Under the pieces are notes generated by a model that had not been told where the DNA came from, did not search any database, and saw only the letters and a program-made list of their open reading frames with translations. Shown here piece by piece: positions 9,379-20,282 of a stretch of DNA of 64,000 nucleotides. The stretch's first letter is position 1, and every line of letters starts with the position of its first letter. The stretch is from positions 9,530-73,529 of the forward strand of contig LMZT01000038.1 in the NCBI GenBank assembly GCA_001567115.1. Direction: 5' to 3'. This stretch comes from Candidatus Hinthialibacteria bacterium OLB16 (GTDB taxonomy: Bacteria > Hinthialibacterota > Hinthialibacteria > OLB16). The position numbers and the translations under genes were made by a program.

Positions 9379-12300
9379 ATGTTAAAAAACTGGTCGCAGC
9401 CGCTCTGAATTTTCGCATCTATTTGATTATCGGGGCTTTGATCCTCTCTGGGTATGGCCTCATTACCGCCCACAAACTGCCGATCGATGTCTTCCCTGAT
9501 ATGAACCGCCCCAATGTCACGATCCTCTCCGAGGTCCATGGTTATGCCCCCGAGGAAATCGAAAAGCTGGTGACCTTTCACATCGAATCCGCCATGAATG
9601 GCGCTCCTGGGGTTGTCCGGGTCCGCTCGATTTCATCGGTGGGGCTGTCCATGGTGATGGTTGAATTTGATTGGGGGCTGGATGTTTACAAGTGCCGCCA
9701 GATTGTTCAGGAGAGGCTTCAGATGGCCCAGGAAAAACTTCCTGAAGGCATCACGCCCACCCTGGCTCCGGCTTCCTCTGTTACCGGTGAGATCATTCGC
9801 ATCGCATTAACCTCGGATGGAAAAGTCACTCCGGTCGAACTCCGATCCTTTGCGGATTGGGAGATTCGCCCCAGATTGCTGACTGTCCAGGGGGTTGCGC
9901 AGGTCTTCACCATCGGTGGCGAGGCGCGTGAATACCAGATCCTTGTCGATTCAGCCGCCATGGCCAGGTATTCCGTGTCGATCAATGACCTCGAAGAAAC
10001 CCTCCGTGGAGCCACTTTGAACACTCCCGGCGGATTCATCTTCCGTGAGGGAACCGAATTGCTCATCCGCAACATCGGGCGTCCGGAGCAGATTGCAGAA
10101 ATCAAAGACCTGGTCATCAAGACCGGGGGGCATGGTTCTGTGCGCCTGAATGACATTGCCGATATTGTGGAAGGGAAAAAGATCCCGCGTGGGACTGCCG
10201 GGCTGAACGAGCAGGATGCGGTCATTATCAACGTCCTCAAACAACCCGAGGCCAACACCCTGGTTTTGACTCAAAAACTCGATGAGGAAATTCAGGCGAT
10301 CAAAAAGTCTCTCCCCAAAGGCATGACACTGAATGACCAGGTGTATCGCCAGGCGCGTTTCATCGAGGTGGCTGTCCATAATGTGATTGAAGCGGTCCGG
10401 GATGGATCGATCCTCGTGATCATTATCATTCTGGTCTTCCTGATGAACCTGCGGATGTCATTCATCATTCTGACTTCGATCCCGCTTTCCGTGATCAGCA
10501 CCCTGATTGTCTTCAGCTGGTTCGGATTGAGTGTGAATACCATGACGCTGGGGGGGATTGCTGTTGCGGTCGGCGAGCTGGTGGACAGCGCGATTGTCGG
10601 CGCCGAGAACATCTATCGCCGGCTGAGGGAGAATTCCAGCAGGCCGCCGGAGGAACAGAAACCCCTCTTCAATCTGCTGTCGGATGCGACTGCGGAGGTC
10701 TTCGGCGGCATTGTGCTGGGGACCCTGATCGCCCTGCTGGTGGTTTTTCCTTTGTTTGCGCTGCCAGGCATTGTCGGAAAGATTTTCAGCCCGATCGGGA
10801 TTGCCTATCTGGTTTCCAATTTTACCTCGATGCTTGTTTCCATCACCGTCACTCCGGTTTTGTGCTCCTATTTTCTCAAAGGCCGCCTGCCGGAGTATGG
10901 CCGGGATGGCTTTGTGGTTCGCGGACTGAAGCGCATGATTGAGCCGGTGGTGCTCAGTTCGGTCCGCTTTCCTCTGGTTGTTCTCCTTGTGGGTGGATTG
11001 CTGGCCGGCTGGGCGCTCTGGAAAGCGACACGTGTGGGACTGGATCTTCTGCCTGAATTCAATGAGGGTTCGGTTTTTGTGATCGTGATGTCCCCGCCGG
11101 GAACCGACCTGGCCACCTCTTCACGGCTTGCCAAGGCAACTGCAGTCGCCATGCAGTCGGTTCCGGAAATTGCCGCCAGCGTAACTGGCCATCGATCCGG
11201 GAGGTCTGAAGGGGATGAGCATGCCCATGCGATCAGCCAGTCGGATGTCGAAGCCGAGATCGTCACCCCCGAAGGGAAGAAACCCAGGACACTGGATGAA
11301 ATACAGGATGATGTCCGAGCTGCGATCGGCCGAGTCCCCGGGGCGATTACCGAACTCTCTCAGCCGATCTCCCACCTGATCAGCCACCTGATCGGTGGAG
11401 CGAGATCCGAAGTCATCGTCAAAATCTATGGGCCTGACCTCGATGTTCTGCAGGAGATCGGAAACAGGTTTCATGAAACCATCCGGACTGTGCCCGGAGT
11501 CGTCGATGACTATGTCGAGCAGCAGATGCTTATTCCACAAATCCGGATTGTTCCGAATGACCTCGAACTGTCGAGGTATGGCCTCCACAAAGGGGATGTT
11601 CTCAAAGCCTTGGAAATCGCCCTTCAAGGTGAAGTGCTCTCCCAGGTTCAATCCGGGGAAAGGTATTTCGACCTGACTCTCAGAGGCGGCGACTCGCTGC
11701 GGGAGACGGAGGAAAGCATCAGCAATTACCTTCTCACCACCCCCTCGGGTTCGCAGATTCCACTCAAAGCGGTTGCGGATATTGTCGAGGATGTCGGCCC
11801 GAATGTGATCAACCATGAAAATGCACGGCGCAGGCTGTATGTTCTCTGTAATGTCTCTGGAAGGGATCTCGGCAGCACGGTCGAGGAGATCACCTCGAAG
11901 CTCAGCCAGGAAGAACTCCCCGAAGGGTACAGCTGGGTGATGGGTGGGCAGTATGAACAGCTTCTTGAATCCGGCAGGGTGATGACCCTCCTGTTCCTGA
12001 TCACACTGCTGCTCATGTTCGCTGTTCTGGCGGCAGAGTTCCGCTCGATGCCCCTGGCGGTGATCATCATGCTCAACATCCCTCAGGCGGTGATCGGTGC
12101 GGTCATTGCATTGATAGTGACCGGCACCAGCCTGAATATGGGGGCTGTGGTTGGATTTGTGGCCTTATCCGGGATCGCCGCGCGAAATGGGATCCTCCTG
12201 ATTTCCCACTGGGTCACACTGATCGGTGAAGAAGGCCATCCTTTCAGCGCGGAGACGCTCCTTCTGGGTTGCAAGGAAAGATTGACACCTGTTTTGATGA

Positions 12301-12503
12301 CCGCCCTCACGACCACTCTGGGATTGATTCCGCTTGTTCTCGCCAAAGGACAGACTGGAAAAGAGATCCTGTATCCGGTGGCAGTTGTAATTTTTGGCGG
12401 ACTGATATCATCCACCCTGCTCGATTTTACAGTCACTCCGGCAGCCGCCAGGCTGTATGGGCGCAAAGGTATTTTGCGCCTGGCAGGCAAAGAAGAAGCC
12501 TGA
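9379..12503 (+). CDS. Heavy-metal efflux RND transporter (HME-RND, CzcA/CusA family). The annotated start is disturbed by an apparent 1-nt indel in an A6 run at 9384-9389; the ORF track starts at TTG 9423.
   Basis: 1026-aa ORF with CzcA/CusA-type sequence throughout (LPIDVFPDMNRPNVTILSEVHGYAPEEIEKLVTFHIESAMNGAPGVVRVRS...). ATG at 9379 gives MLKN then a stop. Reading A7 instead of A6 gives MLKKLVAAALNFRIYLIIGALIL, in frame with the rest. Confidence 0.85.
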
Positions 12504-12522
12504 GCCGGGTTGCTCCACAGAA

Positions 12523-12554
12523 GTGCGGGGGAGTTGGATCGAACTCTCCCGCAC
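12523..12554. terminator. GC-rich hairpin between convergent genes (RND pump and the 12626-14260 minus-strand gene); candidate bidirectional terminator.
   Basis: gtgcgggggag-ttggatcgaac-ctctcccgcac inverted repeat 20 nt after the czcA-like stop. No U-tract. Confidence 0.4.
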
Positions 12555-12625
12555 CTGGCAGGGTTCACTCAGAGCCGCTTCCTGGAGAGGAAGCTGATCG
12601 AATGCAGGGGGCTTTTGACAGAACT

Positions 12626-14260
12626 TCAACGGGGCGGCTGCAGATATTCCTTCAGCAGGTGCTGAACAAGGGGAGCGGCCTGCTGGAGCCAGGCCGGCCA
12701 CTGCTCAATGCCGCTCTGTTTCCAGATGGTTCGCGCCAGCGCCAGCGATTCATGGTAATCCCCGAGTTCTTCCAGATCATACAGGTTGACCAGTGTCGCC
12801 ATGGCGCGCGCCAGTTCCAGAAGTGGCACAGTAGGGGAACTCTCCTCGATTTCAGCCACCGCCTGATCCAGGCGGTCGCGCTTTTCCTCGGAATCGATGA
12901 TGTCATGGCAGTGCAATCGATGTGGGGTTTCCGGCTGTTTCTCTGGGAAGTCCCAGCCGGCCATTTCCTCCATCAAAGAGCGAATCGCACCGGCACCCAG
13001 CTCGAACTGCGCCTCCAGCAGCGCACAACACCTCTTCCAGGAGGCTTCGATTGACCCTTCCCAGAGCATGTAGCCAACAGTCGCTGGCGCAAACCCGAAC
13101 CTTTCCAGGTGCGATTGCGCAGGGACACAGCACAGGGATGCAGCGATCCCGTTATAGCCCGCTTCGATCGCATGTGAAATCCGCCGGCACTGGTTGAGGC
13201 ACAGCAGAGGATCGAGCACCCCGGCCATCTGCGAATCCCAGCCCGAATTGAGAAACAGCAGTGATTGGCCCCGAAGCGGGGGCGGCAAAGGCCGGTCGAT
13301 TTCCGAATGGAGCGGAAGCGAATCATCGACCGCTGAAAATAAAACCCGTGGGCAATGTCCAGCGGAGATGGGAACCCCCAGGCGGGTTTCGAGGGTGATG
13401 CTGGTGTCCTGAAGGAGGATTTTTTCGAGGAAACCGGCAAGAACTTTTTCCCCGGGTCCTGCCGGCCAGACAGAAAACCGGACATTGGGGTTGCCAATGT
13501 CGCGCCACACCTGAAGCAGGGCCTCCTGCAGCTTGCGGATCTGAACCGGCGAAAATGAGGTCCAGTCCTCATTGGGTGGCTGCCCGAGCACCTCCTGCAG
13601 CCAGGGGAGGCAATATCCACCGACAATCAGATCGATATCGAGATCGGCCACCAAGGCCAGGCTCTCATCCGGGAACTGGCCTTCCGGATCTGCAAACCGG
13701 GAGGGGTTGCTCGGAAAAAGTGTGTTGTAACGATGATGCGCGAGCCAGCGGATCATCTCCGGAGTGATCTCCACCTGCTCGCAATAAAAAGCGCGAAGTT
13801 GAATTGCGGGGGTGTGCACGAAGCTCCCCACTGGAAAAGTCCAGGAAGTTGCGGCCGGTTCCAGGGTCATCTGTGGAGTTGGCCAGCTCCATCCCATCTG
13901 TTCCATCAGGTTCCAGACTGCATAAAACAGGCCTCGGCGTGTGCCGCTCTGAAGGCCGATCCCATTCAGGGCAGTAGCCTGAACGAACTCATCCCCTTCG
14001 AGTTTCTTGCCGGCGGATAGGGCCTCCTGGCCTGTGGATGTGGCCTGCAGATGGATCTCAAAAGGGCCGAGATCCGGATCGATTCGGACTTCTGAGCCGA
14101 TTCCGACGGATTGGAGACTGGCTCTCAATTCTCCGGCTGGGGACCCCGCGGAGACATGGGAGCGCTCAGAGACTGTGATGAGGAGAGTGTCACCCCTGCC
14201 AAAAACCAATTCCAGCATAGGCCCATTGTAGGAAACCGCGCTTTTTCTGTCGACTGTCAC
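12626..14260 (-). CDS. Hypothetical protein; family not recognised (possibly a glycoside-hydrolase-like TIM-barrel protein).
   Basis: 544-aa ORF with coding-like composition. No motif I can assign with confidence. Confidence 0.4.
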   Translation of the reverse strand: MTVDRKSAVSYNGPMLELVFGRGDTLLITVSERSHVSAGSPAGELRASLQSVGIGSEVRIDPDLGPFEIHLQATSTGQEALSAGKKLEGDEFVQATALNGIGLQSGTRRGLFYAVWNLMEQMGWSWPTPQMTLEPAATSWTFPVGSFVHTPAIQLRAFYCEQVEITPEMIRWLAHHRYNTLFPSNPSRFADPEGQFPDESLALVADLDIDLIVGGYCLPWLQEVLGQPPNEDWTSFSPVQIRKLQEALLQVWRDIGNPNVRFSVWPAGPGEKVLAGFLEKILLQDTSITLETRLGVPISAGHCPRVLFSAVDDSLPLHSEIDRPLPPPLRGQSLLFLNSGWDSQMAGVLDPLLCLNQCRRISHAIEAGYNGIAASLCCVPAQSHLERFGFAPATVGYMLWEGSIEASWKRCCALLEAQFELGAGAIRSLMEEMAGWDFPEKQPETPHRLHCHDIIDSEEKRDRLDQAVAEIEESSPTVPLLELARAMATLVNLYDLEELGDYHESLALARTIWKQSGIEQWPAWLQQAAPLVQHLLKEYLQPPR

Positions 14261-14390
14261 TGTGCCTTCGGCCCCAATTGATTCGCCCCCGGTTCTGAGG
14301 GAAGCTTCTCATTCAATTGCAGTCAACAGACTGCGGAGGGGCTGGAGCCTGTCGGCTCCTTTATTTCATCTGGATTGAGGTTCTAGAACC

Positions 14391-15446
14391 ATGTCGAAAA
14401 CTCTCAAGGTTGGTGTGATCGGTGTAGGAGGCATTGCCCATACCCATTTCCCGGGATGGCAGGAAAGCCCGCATACTGAGATTGTGGCTCTATCCGATGT
14501 CTCGGCGGAAGCGCTCAAATCTGCCGGTGAGAAAACCGGCGCCACAAAACTGTTCGAAAAAGGGGAAGATCTGATCGCCTGCAATGAGATCGATGTGGTC
14601 GATATCTGCACACCGAACATGTACCACACACCATTGACAGTCGCTGCGCTGGAGGCGGGAAAGCATGTCATCTGCGAAAAACCCCTGGCGCCACAGCCCG
14701 ATGACATCCGTAAAATGATCGCGGCGCGGGATAAAAGCGGAAAGATGCTGATGACAGCCCAGCATTTCCGCTTCGAAGGCAGCTCGAAAGCCCTCAAAGC
14801 GGAAGTCGACAAAGGGGTTCTCGGGAATGTCTACCATGCGCGCTGCTGGATGCTCAGGCGTTCCGGCGCACCCACACGGCCCGGCTTTATCCAGAAGAAA
14901 CACAGCGGGGGCGGACCCTGCATCGATATCGGAGTCCACATCCTCGACCTGACCCTGTGGATGATGGGCCAGCCCAAACCGGTGACTGTCACCGGTGTGA
15001 CCCAGGACAAACTGCGCCGGCTCCCGGGCGCATTCAGCAACTGGGGCGGCCCGATTCCGGCGGACTGGGATGTCGAGGAATTCGCTTCGGCGTTTGTACG
15101 GTTCGAGAATGGCGCGACCCTGGTTCTCGAGGTTTCATGGCTGCTCAACCACCCCAAAACCCATGGTGAGGACATGCAGATGTGGCTCTATGGAGACAAG
15201 GGCGGGGCACACTGGCCGCAGAATGTGATTCTGACAACCGATAATGCCACATGCCAGCACTTTGACACGCAGCTGCAGAATGCTGAATCCGGCGAGCCTC
15301 ATGCCAAAGAGTGCATGGCATTCGCCGAAGCGATCATCAAGGGCGAACCTTCTCCGGTTCCTGCTGAACAGTCACTGGATGTGATCGCGATTCTGGATGC
15401 GCTTTACAAAAGCGCGCAGGCCGGCAGGGAAGTCTGCCTCAAATAA
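14391..15446 (+). CDS. Gfo/Idh/MocA family NAD(P)-dependent oxidoreductase.
   Basis: N-terminal Rossmann motif KVGVIGVGGIAHTHFPGW, conserved EKPLA segment, typical length of 351 aa. Confidence 0.85.
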   Translation: MSKTLKVGVIGVGGIAHTHFPGWQESPHTEIVALSDVSAEALKSAGEKTGATKLFEKGEDLIACNEIDVVDICTPNMYHTPLTVAALEAGKHVICEKPLAPQPDDIRKMIAARDKSGKMLMTAQHFRFEGSSKALKAEVDKGVLGNVYHARCWMLRRSGAPTRPGFIQKKHSGGGPCIDIGVHILDLTLWMMGQPKPVTVTGVTQDKLRRLPGAFSNWGGPIPADWDVEEFASAFVRFENGATLVLEVSWLLNHPKTHGEDMQMWLYGDKGGAHWPQNVILTTDNATCQHFDTQLQNAESGEPHAKECMAFAEAIIKGEPSPVPAEQSLDVIAILDALYKSAQAGREVCLK

Positions 15447-15462
15447 GTCCCTCAAAAAATAA

Positions 15463-15496
15463 ATCCCCCCATCGCCGGCCAGGCTGGTGGGGGGAT
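15463..15496. terminator. Hairpin ATCCCCCC...GGGGGGAT between convergent genes (Gfo/Idh/MocA and the GH95-like gene); candidate bidirectional terminator.
   Basis: 8-bp G/C stem with an 18-nt structured loop (itself containing CCGGCC/CCAGG-CTGG) in the 87-nt convergent intergenic gap. Confidence 0.4.
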
Positions 15497-15533
15497 TCGA
15501 TTCCTTCGATCGGCTGAGTGGCTTCTGATTCCT

Positions 15534-17954
15534 CTATTCGTCGGAGGAGGTGCTGCCTTCTTCCTTGCCGCCCTTTTTGGCCGGTTCGGCGATGCGGCCA
15601 AACTCGAGGCGCTGCCCGGCCTTCATTTCGAATTCCAGTGTCCGCCCTTTTTTGTTGGTCAGTGTCCGCGAATCGACTTTGGATTTGAGGCGGATCTTGT
15701 ATGTCAGCCTTTGCTGGTCGAAGGGGGAATACAGGCGAAGAATCCCTGTCCGGGTGGCTTCAATCAGCAGCCCATCGACTTTGCCATCCTCCATGGTGGC
15801 GGCTACCAGGTGCCCTCCAGGTGTGCGCCATCCCCAGAACTGAGCATTCGAATTCTTTCCCAGCCCGGGAAATATGCGCAATACCCCCTGGTTCCATTGC
15901 ATGAACATCTCGCACACCGCTGCGGAAAATCCAAGATTGGCATCCACCTGGAAAATATCACTCGCCTTGTCCGAGTCTTTCGGGTGGTGGCTGTTCAATC
16001 CATTCGGCCGTGTGAAGCGCTGGATGAATTCCTCGAGGCATTGGATGGCACGGGGAAAAACACCCAGGCGGGAATAAATGGCCGACAGCCAGATCCAGGT
16101 GAATCCTCCAAATTTGTCGAAGCCCGCCTCTTCAGTCCCCTTGAGGGTATCGAGAGCGGTCTGCAGGTCAGTCTTGCTGGAACTCAGGGAAACTTCTCCC
16201 AGTGGGTAGATCGCCATCAGCTTTGACAGATACCGGTGGGATTCCTTCCAGTCAATGTTCTTGCCATCCAGCCAGCGGCCATTCTGGCAGGGATAATCCG
16301 GAAGATGATCGAGGATATACTGCCAGCGCTCCAGGCGGCGTGGGTCTTCACGTATCTCCGAGTGTCTCGAGATATCAATCAACTTGCGGAACAAGGCACG
16401 GAACAGGGCGATGTCGATTGTCGGATTCTCCACCCAGGCCTGTGGGGTGCCTTTCCCGAGGTTGGGGCAGAAAGAGGGGTAGACCTCCAGTTTTTCGATG
16501 CCATTCTGAAACAGCCAGTTTTCCAGAAATTCGGCACACTCCAGAGCAAAGTTGTAGCCAATGGTGGTCAGATAGATCGAGTCGCTGGTATGCTCCCAGA
16601 ACCGGAGGAAATCATAAGCGACCCAGGCGGTTCCTCCCGGCCACAGCTTGGCGGGCAGCCAGGTGGAAATTTCCTGCCCGCGCGGCCCCATGCACAACGG
16701 AACCTTAATCCCTCCCCATCCCCAGTGGCGGGCGGTATCTGTCCTCATCTGATCACGAAGCTCCAGAGCGAATAAGCGCACAAATGGCTCCACCATATCC
16801 AGGCGATTTGTGCAGAATGCCCCCCAGCTGTTCATCTGCAGGTGCAGGTCGGTCCGGTACCCCCCATGCCAGGGAGCGAAGGCATGGCCATTCCATAACC
16901 CCTGCAGGCCTGCCGCCTGTTTCCCGACTGCCGAGGAAGCCCCCAGCAGATACTGGCTCAGGTACCAGTGTCTCTCGATTTCCGGCTTTTCAGCCCAGCT
17001 GAAGCCCGAACGGAACCAGTATTTCTCCATCGCCTGCTGGTTGCGGCGGATCGCGCCACGATACCTCTGGGGTTTTTCGACATTCAAAGTGGCTCGAACA
17101 CGGTCTTCCGGCGAGGCGGTTGTCTCCGAACAGGCCACCACCACCCGCAGCTCCAGGGAGGTGTCATCGATATCATCGAAAATGATTGAAGTTTCAGAGG
17201 AATCCTGGCTCGCCAGCCGGGAAGGAATGTCACTTTCCAGCCCGATGACATAAGTCAGGTTATCTGGAAAGGTGCATTGCAGCTGCAGCAAGGTTCCTCG
17301 ATGCCGGAATATCGGATCCGGCAGGTGCTGCACATGATCTTTCAGCAGACGGGCACGCAGGCTTCTCAGGGGGCGTTCCGATTCAATCCGGATGCGCAAT
17401 ACATTCTGATCCGCCGCCAGAAAGGTCTGCACCACATAATGGGTCAATTTCAATGGGCTGCATAAAAAATCGGAATCAAATTCGGTGGTAACCTCGCCTG
17501 TCAGCATTGAAAAAGTCTGCTGGAAATTACGGAAAGTGCATTCTCCGATCGGCTCCAGAGCCAGCCAGGCAGCCGGCTGCAGGGAAGGGTAATGCCGGGG
17601 AAGCAGGTTCCTCCCCCTTTCTTCTACTTTATTGAGTGATTTCCAGTCCTGCTCCTGCACCCATGTGGCAATCTGCCGAAAAGGGACAGGAGGGAGATTG
17701 GAATCGTTTCCCGGTGCGCGATGATCCCAGATATCCCCTTTGTTCAATAACCAGGTCAAACGATTCGGGGTGCCATAAAACATCGCCGCCATATCGCCAT
17801 TCCCGAGCGGGATTCCATCCATCCATGTGAGCCGTGGCTCGTGATTCACCCAGTCATGTCGTGCGATGACTTCGCGTGGATCCTGGATTTTGGAGAGTTT
17901 CTTCCAGTCCAGGCTGCGTGTTGCAGTTCGATAGTCCAGATTCAATGCAGGCAT
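15534..17954 (-). CDS. Glycoside hydrolase, GH95-like (alpha-L-fucosidase family, six-hairpin (alpha/alpha)6 barrel type).
   Basis: 806-aa ORF. N-terminal motif IPLGNGDMAAMFYG...LLNKGDIWD resembles the GH95 N-terminal LPIGNGRLGAM...LNEDTLW signature. Length fits GH95. Confidence 0.5.
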   Translation of the reverse strand: MPALNLDYRTATRSLDWKKLSKIQDPREVIARHDWVNHEPRLTWMDGIPLGNGDMAAMFYGTPNRLTWLLNKGDIWDHRAPGNDSNLPPVPFRQIATWVQEQDWKSLNKVEERGRNLLPRHYPSLQPAAWLALEPIGECTFRNFQQTFSMLTGEVTTEFDSDFLCSPLKLTHYVVQTFLAADQNVLRIRIESERPLRSLRARLLKDHVQHLPDPIFRHRGTLLQLQCTFPDNLTYVIGLESDIPSRLASQDSSETSIIFDDIDDTSLELRVVVACSETTASPEDRVRATLNVEKPQRYRGAIRRNQQAMEKYWFRSGFSWAEKPEIERHWYLSQYLLGASSAVGKQAAGLQGLWNGHAFAPWHGGYRTDLHLQMNSWGAFCTNRLDMVEPFVRLFALELRDQMRTDTARHWGWGGIKVPLCMGPRGQEISTWLPAKLWPGGTAWVAYDFLRFWEHTSDSIYLTTIGYNFALECAEFLENWLFQNGIEKLEVYPSFCPNLGKGTPQAWVENPTIDIALFRALFRKLIDISRHSEIREDPRRLERWQYILDHLPDYPCQNGRWLDGKNIDWKESHRYLSKLMAIYPLGEVSLSSSKTDLQTALDTLKGTEEAGFDKFGGFTWIWLSAIYSRLGVFPRAIQCLEEFIQRFTRPNGLNSHHPKDSDKASDIFQVDANLGFSAAVCEMFMQWNQGVLRIFPGLGKNSNAQFWGWRTPGGHLVAATMEDGKVDGLLIEATRTGILRLYSPFDQQRLTYKIRLKSKVDSRTLTNKKGRTLEFEMKAGQRLEFGRIAEPAKKGGKEEGSTSSDE

Positions 17955-18314
17955 GCCAACTTCCTCATTCCCAGTGGAACACTCGGGAAATTTTCCCGTC
18001 CAGCTTAAACAGACAATAGCCTGATACTATACTACTCTTTGAGTTACGTGTCAAAAATTGAGGAAATACTTTAGAGTTATTGGCGTAACATATTATCACA
18101 GAGGGTGTTGAACAATAATTTTTTTGACCACCTCCCCGCCTCCTGATGGAGAAAACCGTTTTTTTTTCCATTTCAGACGGCTGTTTTTTGAACCAGTTTG
18201 CATATCGGACCCTCTCAATGCAGACCGAAAAGGTTCCTCTTTTTCACTTTCAGGGGAACATGGTTTTCTTGTAATACATGATGAATGAGGCATCCACCCA
18301 TGGGAGAAAAAGCA

Positions 18315-20260
18315 ATGCGGATCACCTTCTTTTCATTCCTTCTGGCAACAGTTTCTTCGGGCGCGGTCGATTTTGCTTCGGTGCAGCAGATCGGCGAATG
18401 GCTCCACCACCCGGTTCTGGGGGATCCCTCCTTTGATTCTTTTCAACGGCTTCCTGGAAATCCGGTATATCGTGGAACTCCCCCTTTCGAATGGCCGGTC
18501 AATGGCTTCCTCTTCGAAGATCCGGTCAGTCAGGATTGGTTTCTCTATATCGCTTATATGCCAAAGGGTATGCCATGGGGCCGGGCCGGGGGATGGATTG
18601 TGTGGTTTACCGGTCGAACGACCGGGGCGGTACCTGGGAGAAGGCTGGCCCGGTCTTCCCGGAAGCTCCTTTCCGTTTTCAGGGAGCCTCCTCGAATGTC
18701 GGATATGCCCCCGATGTTTCTGTAGTTTTCGATGGAGGGCGTTATCACATGATTTATGACTGGGCCAGTGAGGATTCCACCTGGGAAACCATGACAGTGC
18801 CCAAAGGGGGAGCGGATAATGGCATTGGTTATGCCTGGTCGGAAAAACCTGAAGGCCCCTATATTCGAACTCCCATCCCCATCTATTCCAATGCTTCTCA
18901 AGTGCTTCGGCTGGGGAAATATCGACGCGCCTATGCGGCTACACTCATCCGGCGCACCCAGGACTGGATGGTTCTGGCGATGATGGATTCCGGCCCTTCT
19001 TTCAGCTGGGCGCTTTTCGGGATGACTTCCGATAAACCGGAAGGGCCTTATTCTGAGCCGACAGCCCTGCTGTGTGTCGAGAGCACTCGATATCATCCTC
19101 CCCTGCTGGAATTTTTCCCCGCTTTCACACATGAAGGCTGGATCTATGCCCCCGCCACCTCAGTGGCTGCCAATCGGAATTACCAGGCCATTTTTCGCGC
19201 CCCTCTCGACCAGGCGCATCACTCTGAAGCCTGGGAAATCCACCAGGCGGGTTCGGTCTGGCACTCCGAGCCAGTCGAAAATGAATATTCCGGAATCTGG
19301 GGGCAGACCTTTTCCGGCTCAGTGGGAAATGACGGGCAGTTCACAGTTATGTTTCCCAGCCGGGATCCGCAGGGCATGGGCACCATCAACCTGGCTAAGC
19401 GTCCATGGGCCCAGCCCCTGCGTGGCCAGGGGTTTATCCTGAGCGGGCACAAAGGGCCGAGCCTCTCTCTCCTGCGGCAGGCGCATTCCTCCTTTGCCCT
19501 CGAAGTGGAAATGACCCTGCATGGAAAAGCGACCCTGGTCTGGGATTATCAGGGATTTCTCGGGCCTGATGCCGCGGCCGCGGATTCGGTTCCTCATCCG
19601 CTGTCTCTGTGTGCTTTCAGTGGCCTGGTGCTCTCATCGACCGGCTGGAAATTGATCGAAGTCCCGGATCCCCTCCACACGAAGGTGATAGCAGAGGGTC
19701 CATCCGGGAAAAATCCACTGTTGAAGTTCCGCCTGGAAATCGATGCCAGTGGGAATCTTGCCTTTTCCGGTGAGAATGGAGCCGGCTGGAAAGGTCCTGT
19801 CACAGTTCCCGCGGGCCGCATCGGATGGCTGGTCGACAAAAACAGCCACCTCGAAGTCCACCATTTCAATCTTTCAGGAGCCACCTGCTCCAGGCCGATA
19901 CGCTATCTTCCCCTCGAGGGAGTTCTGGGTGCCGGTGCGGCCAATAAGGAGTGGCAGGAATCCCCGGATGCATCCTTTGCCAGTGGAGCGGGCATGATTT
20001 CACTCACTCCACAGTCCAAAGCCAAATGGAATGTGTCTGGCAAGGCATTCACCCTGATGGCTCCACGCGGTCCTGAATATGGAACCGCCGAGGTTTTTCT
20101 GGATGGAACACCTCAGGGAGAGGTTGCTTTCCATGCCAATGAAAAATCCTCATCGGGTCCAGTCCTTCACCTGGAAGCCAGCCTTCCTGGACCTCATGCT
20201 GTCCTGATTCGTGTGAAGGAAGGCAGGATCCCGTTGGACTGCCTCGAAGTGGACTGGTGA
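18315..20260 (+). CDS. Secreted glycoside-hydrolase-like protein (five-bladed beta-propeller GH43/GH117-like with BNR/Asp-box), interrupted by an apparent frameshift near 18555-18575 in an aaaggg / ggggccgggccggggg run.
   Basis: Frame A (18315-18725) encodes signal peptide MRITFFSFLLATVSSGAVDFA plus FEDPVSQDWFLYIAY. Frame B (from ~18560 to 20260) continues with YAMGPGRGMDCVVYRSNDRGGTWE (Asp-box) and 560 further aa. RBS GGGAG 8 nt before the ATG at 18315. Confidence 0.5.
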
Positions 20261-20282
20261 CCTGGGCTTGATCCCAGGTGGA

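Noticed and set aside
12269-13054. 261-aa plus-strand ORF overlapping the 12626-14260 minus-strand gene, and minus ORFs 12083-12568, 11121-11816 and 9719-10258 inside the RND pump gene
   Set aside because: Shadow ORFs within longer, better-supported genes (the pump has full-length family similarity). No independent start signals or domains.
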